Positions 46,199 to 59,577 of a stretch of 64,000 nucleotides of DNA are shown here, piece by piece. The stretch is taken from assembly GCA_001606155.1 (NCBI GenBank), contig LODT01000035.1, forward strand, positions 356,658-420,657, in the 5' to 3' direction. The position numbers and the translations under genes are program-made. The number at the start of each line of letters is the position of its first letter. Position 1 is the stretch's first letter. This stretch comes from Tieghemostelium lacteum (taxonomy: Eukaryota). The notes below the pieces were generated by a model. That model searched no databases. It was not told the DNA's origin and saw nothing but the letters and a program-made list of their open reading frames with translations.

Positions 46199-49100
46199 TT
46201 ACTCTTTAGATTTATTAGAGTTTGATAGTCTATGAATTTTTTTGAATTCGGAGATGGTTTGTCTCTTTTTGTAGAGATAGAAGGCTGTAGCAGATAATAA
46301 AGCAGCACCTACAACAGAACCAACTACAGCACCTACAATAACTGGCATTTTGGATTTTGAAGATTGACATTGATCAATTTGATCTTTGTCTTGATCAGAA
46401 TAGGGTGAAATGACATTGGCAAAGTTAGGGTCTAGCAACATGTAATCTTGGAAGAATTTAGCAAGAATAGCAGTATAGAGAATTGATCCATTAGATTGAC
46501 CAGTATATAGAGGATCTTCGAGTGGAATTTGAATAATTCTAGATCTCCATAGATTATCATCGGATATATATCTATTTGAGAATTTAGCCATTAGAGTTTG
46601 ACCACCATTCTTCATTTCAAACCAGTTACTTGAACTAGTAGAGTTATCTGAGACTTTAGTTGTGGTATCTAAAATCTGACATTCTGGTACATTTTCATTG
46701 TTGGCTTGACTCTTTGATTCATATATAACCTGTAGATAATTGGTATTGGATTGGAAGGTGTAATTAGAGACTTTGATTAAATGTTTAACTGAATTTGGGA
46801 ACATTTCAATAGGTTCATTGGCGAATTGAACAATTGATTTTTGTTCGAAATAGGTGATATTCAATTCAAAGTGAATTTGGTTATTGGGGTCATTTTGATT
46901 GATTCCATAGAGATATGTGAGTTTAGCATCGGTTGTCTTTTCACGAAGTTTCCAAACTAGATTGGGAATGGAAATGGTTTTGATAATATCATCTTTGTAA
47001 TTAAGTTCACGAATATGAGTTACAGCTATTGTATAGCTTTGGTATTCTCCATTGGGTATTACAATACTACCTGTAGTTTCGTTTATACTTGGACCTGAAG
47101 GTGTACCATCATTAGGATTCTGACTGGTATCAATCTGACATGATAAACCATCCCAAGGTTTTTGACAACTACAGAAACCAGTGATTGAGCATTCTCCATG
47201 TCCATTACAATTCTCAGGACATTCTTTAGGCTCGATATAAAAGAATGCATTGTATTGACCTGATTTTGGACCAACAGTTACTTTTACAGGAAGTGAATCA
47301 GTAGCTGTTACATTAGCTGTAAAGTAACATTGAACTGCTGTTCTGTTTATATAAACTGCATTGGTACAATCTTGTCCACCAATGCTTATTAAAAGTCCCA
47401 TTGGATCAAATGAACGACCGGTAATAGTAACATTTCCAGGTTGATTGAAATACAATGATGTTGCAGATTCAATTATAGGAGGTTGGTATGATGTAATAAC
47501 TTGATTGGACTCCAAACCATTGATATTCAATTTCAATGAAAATGTATCAAAACCCTCTGAAATTGGACAAATTAATTTACTTGAAAGTAACACACAATTT
47601 GTATTATTCTGATTGGATTCATCAAATATAGAAATTGGTAATTGTGCGCCTTTGTAGTCCCTATTATGAATAAAGTCACCTGAAATGGTAACTAATTGAT
47701 TTGGTTGATTTATCAATGGTTTTGGTGAGACACTTGAAATTCTAGGAGTGAGACGAAGATTAATACTATTGGATTGTACATTTTGTCCTTTTCTAATATA
47801 GATTATAGATGTAATGGAATTACTATCCATTTTGAATTCAATGGTATCTGGTGCGACTAATTTCATTCCAGTTATTTGGTTATCAGGACTGACAAGTGTC
47901 AAAGCATTTTCAACAGTTCCAAAGTTTGAACCCATCATTTGGAATGGTGAAGTTACAGTAACTGACGAAATGTAAGGTACAGTACAAAAGATGTCAGAAT
48001 TGGAGTTTTGACCTGCAACCTTTACACTAACATTTTGATTGATAGTTGTTGTAATTCCACTTTCAATGGTACAATAGAATGATGTATGTGGTGTTATAAA
48101 TATTGGATTGGTACATGGATAGATACCAACTGAAATAGTATTAAATTTAGATACATCATTACCAAAGTTATTTCCAGTTACAGTGACTTTACTCTGTGCC
48201 AAATAGGAACATCCACTTATCGATTTAACCTCCGGAGCTGCATATAAAAGTGATGTCATCGAATCAAAAGTTGGTTTTCCCAACCCCAATGACATTTCAC
48301 CCCAAACTAAACCAACTCCAGGTGCAACATTACAAGTTATAATCTTATGAGGTTGTAAAAATTTGATAGAACTACATGGTACTGACCCAACTGTAAAATT
48401 CATAATTGCTGGATCCTTGTAAAAGTTATTACCTATAAAAGTAACTAAACCGCCTCTTGTTGGGATAAATGCTGGATTAACACCGGATATAATTGGTGAT
48501 TCATAGGAAACATTTATATATGCTTCACCAGGGTATGGTTCGTTTTTCTTTAGGGTTAACATGATTTTACGTTGGTATCCTTCAGGGAAAGACAATAATA
48601 ATCTCTTATTTGCAAAATCTTTTTTTTCGATTACAACAGGGGTACCAGCAAGAGTAGCATCATTGGTTGTAAATCTATTTCCAAAATTTGATACATCAAT
48701 ATACTGTGATCCACCTATAGTAGGTATAGTTATCGTTTGTCCAGCTTTAATCTCAATTGGTGTATCTCCATAAGTTAAAATAACACCATGATCTTCAGGG
48801 TTTGGTGTAACTTGAAGCATTGATCTACCTATATCCATAGTAAATATAGTAGTATCACTCCAATCATCTCTATTAATATTGGTATTTGAAAAGTATAATA
48901 AAATAGGACTTCCATTATAGGCGCCAACTCTTTGACGGAACATACTACCTTGGTAGACTGCATTTAACCATGGTATAAATGGAATGGAATCTGAAATAAA
49001 ACTATATCTTCCTATAATATCCATTACCTGTGCATTTGGAACATAATACATATCACCTCTATCACTCTCATGAACAACAGCATCACTAGTTGTATACTTT

Positions 49101-50266
49101 ATAGCATTAGCATAGGATTCACTATATGTTATAGTAGACCAAATTCTTTTCTGGAAATCTAAAATTATGATGAGGTATTAATATAACTATTGTTTTTTCT
49201 TTAAAAAGGTAAAATGAAATTATTGCATACAAATTGGTGATCTATAACTAAGAGTTCTGTATTTACCATAGGTAAATGAAATTGGCATTATTTTATCAAC
49301 ATTTCCATCTAAAATACAAACAACTACATTTGTTGGTTCTTTGTAGAGGTTGAATTTGCAAGCAACACCTCCCATCGTAATTGATAGTGATGAACCCACA
49401 AAACCTAGATTTTCACCAGTAAAAAAGACTTTGTCACCTGAACCAGTGCTAGGAGTAAAAGCACTGATATAAGGAGCTGGGTAATCGAATATTATGAAAT
49501 CAGGTTCCATGTTATTTAGTACTAATTTATAGTATTGAGGTTTAACTTTAGAAAGATCAACCTTACAAAAGAAACTTCCAGGTTCTGTATACGAGTATAT
49601 TCCATCACATTCGAATGATCTTAAGATTTGTGCTTGAGTTGGATCATAAAAAGCAATAGAATCAATACCGCCTGGATACTGTGCGGTGGTATTATAAATT
49701 ATGATAACTGAACTTGAATCTAAATATCTAGCCATAGGTTCACTTGGGGAATATTCACAGACTACAGAATCTACAGTTTGACCTGGACTATCAATATCAT
49801 TCATCCAAACCATTTCACCATTGGAAACACCAGTATGAAAATATATTGCACTTTTTGAGAATCTGGGATACACTTTATCAAATAGACAAAAACCATCACA
49901 ACGATCTTGGAAGAGATTGTACATTGTGTATCCAGCTTCAGGTCCACTTGAATAGACTACTACACCTCTATCAACTACTAATTCACCACTAACCCATACA
50001 TTTGTACCTTGTTTAATACTTGTATATTTGTCAAGTATAAACTCCCATTCTCTTTGACTAGTTATTGTAACAATATGTGCTTTTTTATTTTCAATTGCTG
50101 GCAAAGCTTTACACATATTCACTGCTGCTGTGTAAGATAACCCACCAGATTTTGTCAATAGTTCATATAAATGTCCATTTTCGGAATTTTCAACATATCC
50201 TGCAGCATCAACAATTATAAAATAAAAAAAAATCACAGTAATCAAAAATTTTGTAATTGGATACAT
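46199..50266 (-). CDS. Type I membrane protein: signal peptide, C-type lectin-like domain, multiple IPT/TIG domains, EGF module, one TM helix and a short cytoplasmic tail (1331 aa). Exons 50266..49231 and 49158..46199. Architecture resembles the Dictyostelium Tgr (TIG-domain) adhesion/allorecognition family
   Basis: Signal peptide MYPITKFLITVIFFYFIIVDA. CTLD hallmarks (TSQREWEFI, NVWVSG, WMNDIDSPG, VVCEY). Repeated IPT/TIG units with GxxV/I...C...C patterns. EGF CPENCNGHGECSITGFCSCQKPWDGLSCQ. TM MPVIVGAVVGSVVGAALLSATAFYLY followed by KKRQ. 72-nt intron (t|gtatgc...ttttag), phases consistent. Confidence 0.75.
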
Positions 50267-50748
50267 ATTTTTATAATTATTATTATTATTACAAATAAAA
50301 AATATTACAAATATAAGTGATCTAAAAAAATTTTAATATCACAAATAAAAACAAATCAATTTTAAAATTATTATAATTTCAATTTTAAATTTCGAAAATA
50401 TCCGGATTTAAGGGATTATTCTCTCACAAAAAATTGGAATAACTGTGGCTTTTCAAACAGATTTTTGTTGATTTTTTAGAATTTGAGTATTTTGTTTCTT
50501 TTTGACATCATATTCGCAAAAAAAAATTAGGAATTGGTTGAAAGGCTGTACAATTGGTAATGAACACAACAATAAAATCGTTGTGTACATTGGAAATACA
50601 GTAAATTTAGATTATGATATGGGAAATCTAATAAAAATTATCATGATAAACAAATCGGGAAATTATGTTATTATAATAAATATACAAAATTATATTGGTG
50701 TGCGGTTATTTTAGTAAGGGATGTTTTATAACTAGATCGACTATTTTT

Positions 50749-51476
50749 TTATGCTGAACCAGGTGCATCTGGTAATCTTTCAACTGTATATCTCTTTCCT
50801 TTCAAATAGATAATAGGCACACCAGGAATCTTACGTATTCTTCTACGTAGATCAGAATCACAAGTTGCAACCATAAAACAACGATGCATAGTCACACGAT
50901 TTACAATGCAATCATCTGCATAGGTACCTTTATGATCACATTGCAGTCTTTTAAATCTTGGATCTTTTGAGATTTTTAAAGCAACTTTAAACTTTTCACC
51001 TAGACGTTCAATTTCAGCACGTACACAATCAGAGATGTATGGTATACATTTAGCATACATACAATCCATCAATGACTGCACTATATCCATCTTGTGAGAA
51101 ATTGAAAAATTTATAAAATTGGTATCTATAATAATATGATATGGTGGTACTAATGCTTCGTTAAATGAAAAAAACATATGTGATGTATTATCCTCAGGTC
51201 TATAAAATATTCATATTAATACTCAAATTCTAATAATTCCTTCTACAAACAATAATAATAATTACATTGCATCTAATTTCTTTTTAAATTCGGCTTCTTG
51301 TTTTGATCTCTCTATTTGTTTCTTCCTATTAGTTTTATTTCTAGAAAATTTTCGTCTGTTAATTACATAATCTAATGATAAAGAATGAATTTTTAAAACA
51401 ATAGTTACGTATTTTGATCATTTAATTTTACCATAGGAATTCTCTTTGGTATTGCTAAATTTGGTTTTCTAGCCAT
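50749..51476 (-). CDS. fcf1: rRNA-processing protein FCF1/Utp24 (PIN-domain nuclease), 202 aa. Exons 51476..51409, 51355..51266, 51199..50749
   Basis: [76 protein letters not shown] and [13 protein letters not shown] are near-identical to FCF1. Exon 1 and exon 2 encode a basic N-terminus. Introns of 53 and 66 nt. Exon 1 assignment is less certain than exons 2-3. Confidence 0.8.
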
Positions 51477-51714
51477 TATATATTAAATAGATGAATCGTC
51501 TAACAAAATTTATCGATTTTGTAAAAACTTCGGAAAAAATTTTTTATATTTGAATTTAATTTTATCTCAAAACATTACTTCTTGCTTTGGTTAACATTAT
51601 AAACAAATTGAAATATAGTTTCAATATTACACTAGACTACCAACAAAAATCAAAAATTTATAGTATATGTAAAAATTTTGAAACTCAAATTTATTTCAAA
51701 TATTAAATGAAATT

Positions 51715-52173
51715 TTATCTGCTGTAATATGCTGTCGAATAATCATAATTGTAATAGCTGTTTGGTACAAGTGATGATGATGAATTATTTCCATTAGTAT
51801 TAACATTAATAATAATAGGAGGATATTGGTTATATTTTCTTAAAGGTTTTGAATATGTTTTTGATCCAAAACTATGTTTGCTCTTTTGAAGTTGAGATCT
51901 TTTAATTAAGTCATCTAATAACTCCAATCTAGCTTTTTTGTCTGCTATCTGTTTTGATAAATTTTCTTTTTCCATATTCTTTGATAGTATATTATTTTGT
52001 TTTTGTTCATTCACTCTGATTTCTTGGTTAACTTCATTTTTATCTTGCAGAATAGTATCTGTATTTGTTTCCACATCTTTAGTTATATCTCTCTCTAATC
52101 CCTCCTCTACTCTTGAATCCTCTTTTCTTACACAGTTGCCTAATAAATTACCTAGAAATCTTGAAAAAAACAT
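51715..52173 (-). CDS. Hypothetical protein (152 aa) with a central coiled-coil-like charged region and an Asn/Tyr-rich tail
   Basis: Complete ATG-to-TAA ORF with native codon usage. No recognisable domain. Confidence 0.3.
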   Translation of the reverse strand: MFFSRFLGNLLGNCVRKEDSRVEEGLERDITKDVETNTDTILQDKNEVNQEIRVNEQKQNNILSKNMEKENLSKQIADKKARLELLDDLIKRSQLQKSKHSFGSKTYSKPLRKYNQYPPIIINVNTNGNNSSSSLVPNSYYNYDYSTAYYSR

Positions 52174-52454
52174 AATCTATAACTAGCTATATAATTGTTG
52201 TGAAAATAGTAAAATGAATAATATTAATAAATTAAAAAAAGTTTATTTTAAATAAATAAATAAACCATCATCAATATATATGTATTTTGAATTTATGAAC
52301 TAAACTAAAATAGATAAAATTTATTTATTTGAAAAAAACTAAACCCTGTGAAATTTAAATTTAAATTTTAAATAAGATCCTAAAGATTAATCTAATGGTA
52401 GTAATCAGGAATTGAGAGGTGTTTAACATTGATTTTTAATAAAAGAGTTTATTT

Positions 52455-53696
52455 TTAAAATAATAAACAAGTTGTTAATAAAAGTAGTAATGGTATAAAT
52501 AGAGATTTAATAGTTGAGGATGAAGCAATATTAGAACTTTCATTTTCTTTTTGAGCTGATTCTGGGGTTGCAGATGGCAGTGGTGATGGTGTAGGACGTT
52601 TGTATAATTCAGAATTTGGATCATTCTTTGGGTTTAATTTTTCTTCATTTCTTTCAATGTCTAATGTATGGTTATGTTTATGACCACCAGTTCTAGGGGG
52701 AATAGTAATAACATTACTTGAAGGACATTTACTCATGGTCTCTGGTAGACCACATTGGTATTCATCACTTAGACATTGACTGTAGAAACATGATGTCTCC
52801 ATAGCACATTTTGTCATTAAACAGGATTCGGGGTGTAATTGATGTGCTTTTGTAAAGTCATGATCTACTGCACATCCATTAGTCTCAGCACACTTTAGGT
52901 ATTGCAAATAAGATTTTTCGCATTGTTCATTGATATTAAACTTTAATTTACAATATGCATCAGATGCCTTCTCACCAGTTTCACATTCACAAACTGACCA
53001 TAAAGCATCGCATTCAGTTGAATCTCTACACTTGTACATTGATTCATTTGGTATAGAACATGACCCCGTTCTACCATTTCTTGAGGAACATATTAAACCA
53101 TCTGCCATATTACATTCACCAAACTGAGCATAACAAGATTGACCATAGCTTTTAGAGAATGCTTTCATGCAAATACCCTCTTCAGAGTACCCAGTTGAAT
53201 TGTAGGCACATACATTTCCAAAAGTACATAGATCATTAACAAAATGACATTTCTTTCCAGGTTCAATACGGAGTCTACATTCACCTTCTTTACAATGCCA
53301 ATTACTTTGACAATCTTCATGATATTTGCATTGTCTGAAAGTATGTGTTTTGCAAGCTCCACCAATACACTGCAATGAACCTACACATTGATAATCTTCA
53401 TCACAAGATTCGTATACATGTCTAGTTTGCTTAGGTTTACATAAACTGTTTGAACCATAGTTTATACATTTCAAACCAGCTAGACATTCCTTATCGGATT
53501 TACAAATTTCATCTTCACCTTTTGAAGGTTCACACTGTTCATTGTGCTCTGAACAATAGTAATTCAATGCACATGCACCGTGGTGTCCACATGGTGCACC
53601 TGTAACTCCACAATATTCATCTACACACACATTTAAAGCAGCATTTACAGCTGCTATTGTAAATAGTAATGTTACTGCTAAAACTATAATTTTCAT
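52455..53696 (-). CDS. Secreted cysteine-rich protein with an N-terminal signal peptide and a C-terminal hydrophobic tail that looks like a GPI-anchor signal, 413 aa
   Basis: MKIIVLAVTLLFTIAAVNA signal. About 60 Cys in repeated C..C....C.....C.C modules (EGF/Dickkopf-like spacing). A Ser/Pro-rich stalk, then SSSTIKSLFIPLLLLLTTCLLF at the C-terminus. Confidence 0.65.
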   Translation of the reverse strand: MKIIVLAVTLLFTIAAVNAALNVCVDEYCGVTGAPCGHHGACALNYYCSEHNEQCEPSKGEDEICKSDKECLAGLKCINYGSNSLCKPKQTRHVYESCDEDYQCVGSLQCIGGACKTHTFRQCKYHEDCQSNWHCKEGECRLRIEPGKKCHFVNDLCTFGNVCAYNSTGYSEEGICMKAFSKSYGQSCYAQFGECNMADGLICSSRNGRTGSCSIPNESMYKCRDSTECDALWSVCECETGEKASDAYCKLKFNINEQCEKSYLQYLKCAETNGCAVDHDFTKAHQLHPESCLMTKCAMETSCFYSQCLSDEYQCGLPETMSKCPSSNVITIPPRTGGHKHNHTLDIERNEEKLNPKNDPNSELYKRPTPSPLPSATPESAQKENESSNIASSSTIKSLFIPLLLLLTTCLLF

Positions 53697-54750
53697 TCCT
53701 ATCCTAATCTCTTCAAAGTAAACAAAAGAATTGAAAAAAGTTATATTGCTAAATTTATATATTTGTCCGACTTTGTGTCAAATATCCTCTGAAATTTCTT
53801 TAACATTCGCATTTTAAATTAATGGAATTTTCATATTGGGTGTGGGTGTATTGAACATAATGTTGTTTTATCTTTTTTTTTTTTTCAATGTATTTCTTTT
53901 CCTCTCTTTTTACCTGTGTGTGTTAACATGTGTGAATATAAGACTTATTACCAAATTTTAAAATTAAAGAAATAAAGTGAATATTATCTAATTCATGATA
54001 TTTGAATTGTATTTTTTTTAAGTACAAGAAGAGGAGTGTTTATATATATAGTTTCGTAATATTATTATTATATGCTAGTTGTTAATTGTAAAAATAGTGT
54101 ATTCATTTGATCTATTCTTTTTAAATCGTTATCTTTGTCTGTATGAAATTTGTAACACACTTTATCATTGGTTACTTTTAAAACAATTTTTGCATCTTTA
54201 TGTCTATATTTTAATGAATATCTTGTCTATATACATTAATGTAAATATGATTAGTTGATTCATTTGTTTTAAACTTTTTAGTGTATTTATTCATACCCAT
54301 TTTGGGTCTTCTCTATATAATTGCTCTGACTTATCATAAAATTCATCCCAATCTTGAAATAACATTTTATGATGTATTATGAAAATTAATAATAATTTTA
54401 AAAAAAAAAAAAAATAAAAAAACTAAATCAAACTTTCAAATTAACTTAATTTGACTTTATTTGAAGATCAACTTTTCTATTTTTATTAATTATTTTAATT
54501 ACCTCTTATAGGTGATTAACTTTATAAATAAACTTTTGTAACATATATATATAAAAATATTATTATATAGTTTTTGTTAATAGTTAATAAATTGATTGAA
54601 TTATTTCATAATGTCTCATGTACACATAATTTTTGTAAATTATGAAATTGATGTAAACTTTCACGTTACTGATCAAATTAAAAAATTTTTTTTTTTATTT
54701 TTTTTTTTTTAATTTTTTTTCAACTTCAAAATTTATATATTAAACAAATA

Positions 54751-57599
54751 ATGCCAGACAAAGAAGCAAACAAAACAACTTCTGTACAAAATAACAATAA
54801 TAACAATGAACCTAAAAAAGAGAATATAAAGAAAAAACAAGAAAAAAAAGAAGAAGTTTTAGTAGGTTTTTATTTTTATAGATTTATATTGATAAGAGAG
54901 ATTTATTAACTAGATTTTTAATTAGTCTGCAGAAGATGAAAAATTAAAGAATGACTTAGAATTACTTGTAGAGAGGGTAAAAGATACCAATGCAGAATTA
55001 GTAAAAGCCGCATTAAATTCCCTAAAAACTGAAATTAAATCATCTACTTCTTCAATGACATCAGTACCAAAACCATTAAAATTCCTTAGACCACACTATA
55101 AAACATTAGAAGAAGCCTTTTCTAAATTCCAAGAGGGACCCAATAAGGTAAGAGATCACAATGAATATTACACCTTCACCTATCTCTACAAACACCCCAC
55201 TTCTTAAAAAAAAAAAAAAGTACAAAAACATAGGGTATTACCCCTGTAACATTTGGATACTAACTCTATTTGTTTATTCAATCTAGAAATCACTTGCAGA
55301 TGTATTATCAGTTTTAGCAATGGCAAATGGTAATGAAGATAGAAATACATTAAAATATAATTTATTAGGATCATCAGGAGAGAGTATAGCAAGTTGGGGA
55401 CATGAATATGTAAGACATTTAGCCAAAGAGATTGGAGAGGAATATGACAGCAGACAGAATGACAAGAAATCATGTGATGATCTTTTAAAATTGGTAGATG
55501 AAATTATCCCATTCCAAATGTCACACAATGCAGAACCAGATGCTTGTGATCTTTTATTGGAAGTTGAACAACTCCCAAAAATCTATCGATTCATTGACGA
55601 AAATAACTATCATCGTGTGTGTTTGTATCTGTTCAAATGCAGTTATTATGTTCCAGGCCCAGAAGATGTTCAGATTCTAAAAGTTTGTGTTGAGATTTAT
55701 CTCAAACAGAAACACTATACTGATGCACTCTCAGTAGCCTTAAAACTTGATGACCAAGAATTGATAACTTCCATCTTCTCCATGGTTCCAAAAGATCAAG
55801 AAGAGACACTAAAACAATTGGCATTCATTGCAGCTCGTCAAAAAATTGTTCCACAAAACTACGATGGTACCGATAAATACTCTGAGATTTTCAATAACTC
55901 CAAACTCACTGAATACTTTTTGAATTTGGCTACCGATCTCGATATTAGGGAACCTAAACTTCCAGAAGACATTTTTCAAAGTCATCTCGATAACACCAAT
56001 AACTCTGGTATTGATAGTGCTCGTTTGAATCTTGCCTCTTCCTTTGTCAATGCTTTTGTAAATGCTGGTTTTGGTCGTGATAAATTGATGGTTACTGAAG
56101 AGGATACTAAATGGTGGTACAAAAACAAGGATTTGGGTATAATGTCAACTGTTGCCAGTACAGGTATGATTCTTTTATGGGATATAGAAGCTGGTCTTAC
56201 AAAGATTGATAAATACCTCTACAATAGTGACAGAAACTGTAAGAATGGTGCTCTATTGGCTATTGGTATGATTGGTTCTGGTATCAAATCAGATATGGAT
56301 CCATCATTGGCACTGCTTACAGAGTATACAAGTAACAATCCAACCAGTACACGTATTGCTGCTATCTATGGTTTAGGTCTCGCCTATGCAGGTACCAGAA
56401 GACAAGAACTCTTTGAGTTACTTTCCCCCTTCCTATCTGAGGAAAAAGAAAAAATGGAATTTATTGGAATTGTTGCCTTGTCCTTGGGTTTGATTTTTGT
56501 AGGATCCTGTGACAGTGCTCTTTCAGAACTCTTTATTCAAACTCTTATGGAAAGAGGTACACAAGCTGCTGATACTCATGCTCGTTTTATGCATTTGGCA
56601 TTGGGTTTATTGTATTTGGGTAAACAAGATCAAGCTGAAGTTACCCTTGAGACTCTATTGGCTATTGAAGGTAAAGGAGGTGAATATGCTCGTTTGACCC
56701 TTGAAGCATGTGCCTATGCAGGTACTGGAAATGTATTAAAAGTTCAAAACATGTTACATTTCTGTTGTGATGGTCAAGATAACGCTCATCACGGTCTAGC
56801 TGTTTTATCCATTTCTCTGATTGCAATGGGAGAGGATTTAGGTCCAGATATGTGTTTACGTATGTTTGATCATCTTTTACAAAAAGGTAATATACACATT
56901 AAGAGAGCTATTCCATTGGCATTGGCATTATTGTCTCCAAGTAACCCAAGAATTGCAATTATGGATATACTCAGTAAACTCAGTCACGATAATGACATTG
57001 ATGTTGCACAAGGTGCCATTTTAGCTTTAGGTATCATTGGTGCCGGTACAAATAATGCTAGAATTGGTGCTATGCTTAGAGCATTGGCTGTATTTTATGA
57101 TAAGAATATTGCAATTTTCTACGTTAGAATTGCTCAAGGTCTCTTACATATGGGTAAAGGTACACTTACTATCAACCCATACCACATGGACCGTACACTC
57201 ATGTCCCCAGTTGGTGTTGCTGGTCTTTTGACATTATTACATGCTGCCCTTGACCAAAAAGGTATTTTAACAGGACCATCACATTATTTATTCTATTCTT
57301 TAGTCTCAGCAATGAATCCACGTATGCTTATGACTCTTGATGAAAATCTACAGCCTCTACCAATCAGTGTTCGTGTAGGTCAATCTGTTGATACTGTTGG
57401 TCTTGCCGGTAAACCTAAGACCATCACTGGTTTCCAAACTCATACCACACCAGTTTTACTCGGTTACAATGAACGTGCTGAATTGGCAACTGATGATTAT
57501 ATCGCTCTGACAAATGTCTTAGAAGGTATTGTAATCTTAAAACCAAATCCAAATGCTTCCACTTCTCCAATAACTACCACTACCTCTGTTAAAAAGTAA
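54751..57599 (+). CDS. psmD2: 26S proteasome regulatory subunit RPN1 (PSMD2), 881 aa. Exons 54751..54861, 54926..55147, 55287..57599
   Basis: Collinear with PSMD2. [67 protein letters not shown] and [17 protein letters not shown] are all conserved, and PC repeats run throughout. Introns are 64 nt (gtaggt..aattag) and 139 nt (gtaaga..atctag). Confidence 0.9.
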
Positions 57600-57959
57600 A
57601 TTCACCTATCACTAAACAATAATAAATAATATATTAAAAGATACAACATTATAATTTTAATTAATTATTATTTCTTTTTTTTTTTTTATTTTGAAAAGCA
57701 ATTGATTTCAACAGATGGTCAGAGTCTCTTCTTATCAGATTTATCAGGCTTTATCAAGTTACATCAGAATGGTTTATTATTTCAAATATGATTAATAGTT
57801 CCCATTTCTTAGTTCACTATAAAATTTTCATTTTTGTTTGAAAAAAAAAAAATTAATTCCATAGGTATATATAAATAATGAGTAACAATGTACCAAAGGG
57901 TTTGACGTTAATTGGGAAAACAACAAATGATAATAGAAAGACTAAAGAAAAATTGATTA

Positions 57960-58180
57960 AAATAATGGCAGGTGTAAAATGCCTTAGTGGATATACAGTT
58001 AACATTAATTCGGAAAAGAACGAATGATATTAGAAAAAGAAAATAGCGTGGACAACCTAAAGATGAAAATTTTATGGTGTCATGGTTTATTTAAATTTAA
58101 TGTTATGCCATTTGGTTTAGTAAATGCTCCATATACTTTCCAACGTTATATGAATAGTATCTTTGGTAAATTAATTAGGA
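57960..58180 (+). mobile_element. Degenerate fragment of a Ty3/gypsy-type LTR-retrotransposon reverse transcriptase (pseudogenised by stops)
   Basis: LSGYTVNINSEKNE ... LWCHGLFKFNVMPFGLVNAPYTFQRYMNSIFGKLI matches the RT core (LKSGYHQIRMAEGDE ... [25 protein letters not shown]), but in-frame stop codons interrupt it. It lies in the intergenic spacer between the RPN1 and eIF3f genes. Confidence 0.5.
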
Positions 58181-58725
58181 AGTAGGATATTATCACTGAA
58201 ATTCAAAATGGAAGATAACAATAATAACAACAACAATTTGGACAACAATCAGAACAACAACACCAAATATAGTACAAAAATCACAGAATATATTAAACCC
58301 AAAGAATTAAGAACACAGCTAGTCAATTGGATTATTGTTAATCATATGCATTTTAATATAACTGAGGATCTATATTTTTAAAGTAACAAGAAATGGTTCA
58401 TCACCTGAATCATATGAGTGTATTTGTTGGGTTACATCTTTTTCGATCTGAAATGTTACAACAACCTACTTTAGAAATAGAACGGAAACCCAATTATTAT
58501 TAATGATGATATAAAGTAATTCATATTTCATGATAAATAATAATTGGAATCCAATCTATATCATATAAGATATATTGAAAGAAAGTTCCTTCATGCTTAT
58601 TCTTTCATTACTGACGTACATCAAGTATACACACTCAACCAATTTACTTTTATTGTAATTAAAAGAATGCAAAAACAAATACAACAAGCTTTATATATGT
58701 TAACTTTTTGAATTTATTTATACTT

Positions 58726-59577
58726 CTATACTAAAGATTGACGAACTTTTTCAGCAACAGCCAATTGAGATCTTGTTAAAGAGGATAAATAAACAATCAT
58801 TAATAAATCTTTCACAGAGTTATTGATAACTTTATCCATAACTTGAGAATTTGCTTTTGGTATGGATTGAATAGTTCTTGCAAGGAATCTACCAATTTTA
58901 GGATCACCTTGAATTTCACCTTTTTCAACAGCGGATATATACTCTGTAATGGATTCCAACATTTGATCTAATTTACTGAGTGAGTTTTGAAGTGACTCTA
59001 ATTCTGAGAGCAAACTGGTAGATTGTTGGTCGTATTTTGTTTGTGCAATAGAATCTAAACCTGCATTTTCAGCTTCAAAAGTTAAAATCTCTAAAGACAA
59101 TGGAGTGAAATAACTACCTAGAGAGGATTCATGGTTCAAACTGAGATTGTGTGCATGATAGGCATGAATTCCCATAGTATCATTAGTCAAACCTGTATCG
59201 AGTGTCAAATGAATTGGTGTTTGTCCATTCATCTCTTCACGATAGAAATTATTTATGATTACACTGTTTTCATTGATATCGTTACCTGTGGCATACCATC
59301 CAACTATTGGTTCTTTTGGTGAGGATTTTAAGTGTAAATCTAACATCTTTCTTTGAAATTCCATCTCTACTGCAACTTGTTCACCTTCGCTGTGAACAAC
59401 TGGGAAACAATTTCTAATCTCAATGACACCGTCATTATAGTATCCTAATAATGTTCCAATTACTCTGTCTTGACCTACATTTCTTCTAATATAGTGGTCT
59501 AGTATATTAAATATAACTACTGGGTGAACTTTAACGTTAACTTGTGTTGGGAGGAAAATTGAGGTTTCTCTTTGCAT
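58726..59577 (-). CDS. eif3F: Eukaryotic translation initiation factor 3 subunit F (MPN domain), single exon, 283 aa
   Basis: VKVHPVVIFNILDHYIRRNVGQDRVIGTLLG, ELHLKSSPKEPIVGWYATG, IHLTLDT and NDLLMIVYLSSLTRSQLAVAEKV parallel eIF3f. ATG at 59577, inside a longer TTG-initiated ORF. Confidence 0.85.
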   Translation of the reverse strand: MQRETSIFLPTQVNVKVHPVVIFNILDHYIRRNVGQDRVIGTLLGYYNDGVIEIRNCFPVVHSEGEQVAVEMEFQRKMLDLHLKSSPKEPIVGWYATGNDINENSVIINNFYREEMNGQTPIHLTLDTGLTNDTMGIHAYHAHNLSLNHESSLGSYFTPLSLEILTFEAENAGLDSIAQTKYDQQSTSLLSELESLQNSLSKLDQMLESITEYISAVEKGEIQGDPKIGRFLARTIQSIPKANSQVMDKVINNSVKDLLMIVYLSSLTRSQLAVAEKVRQSLV

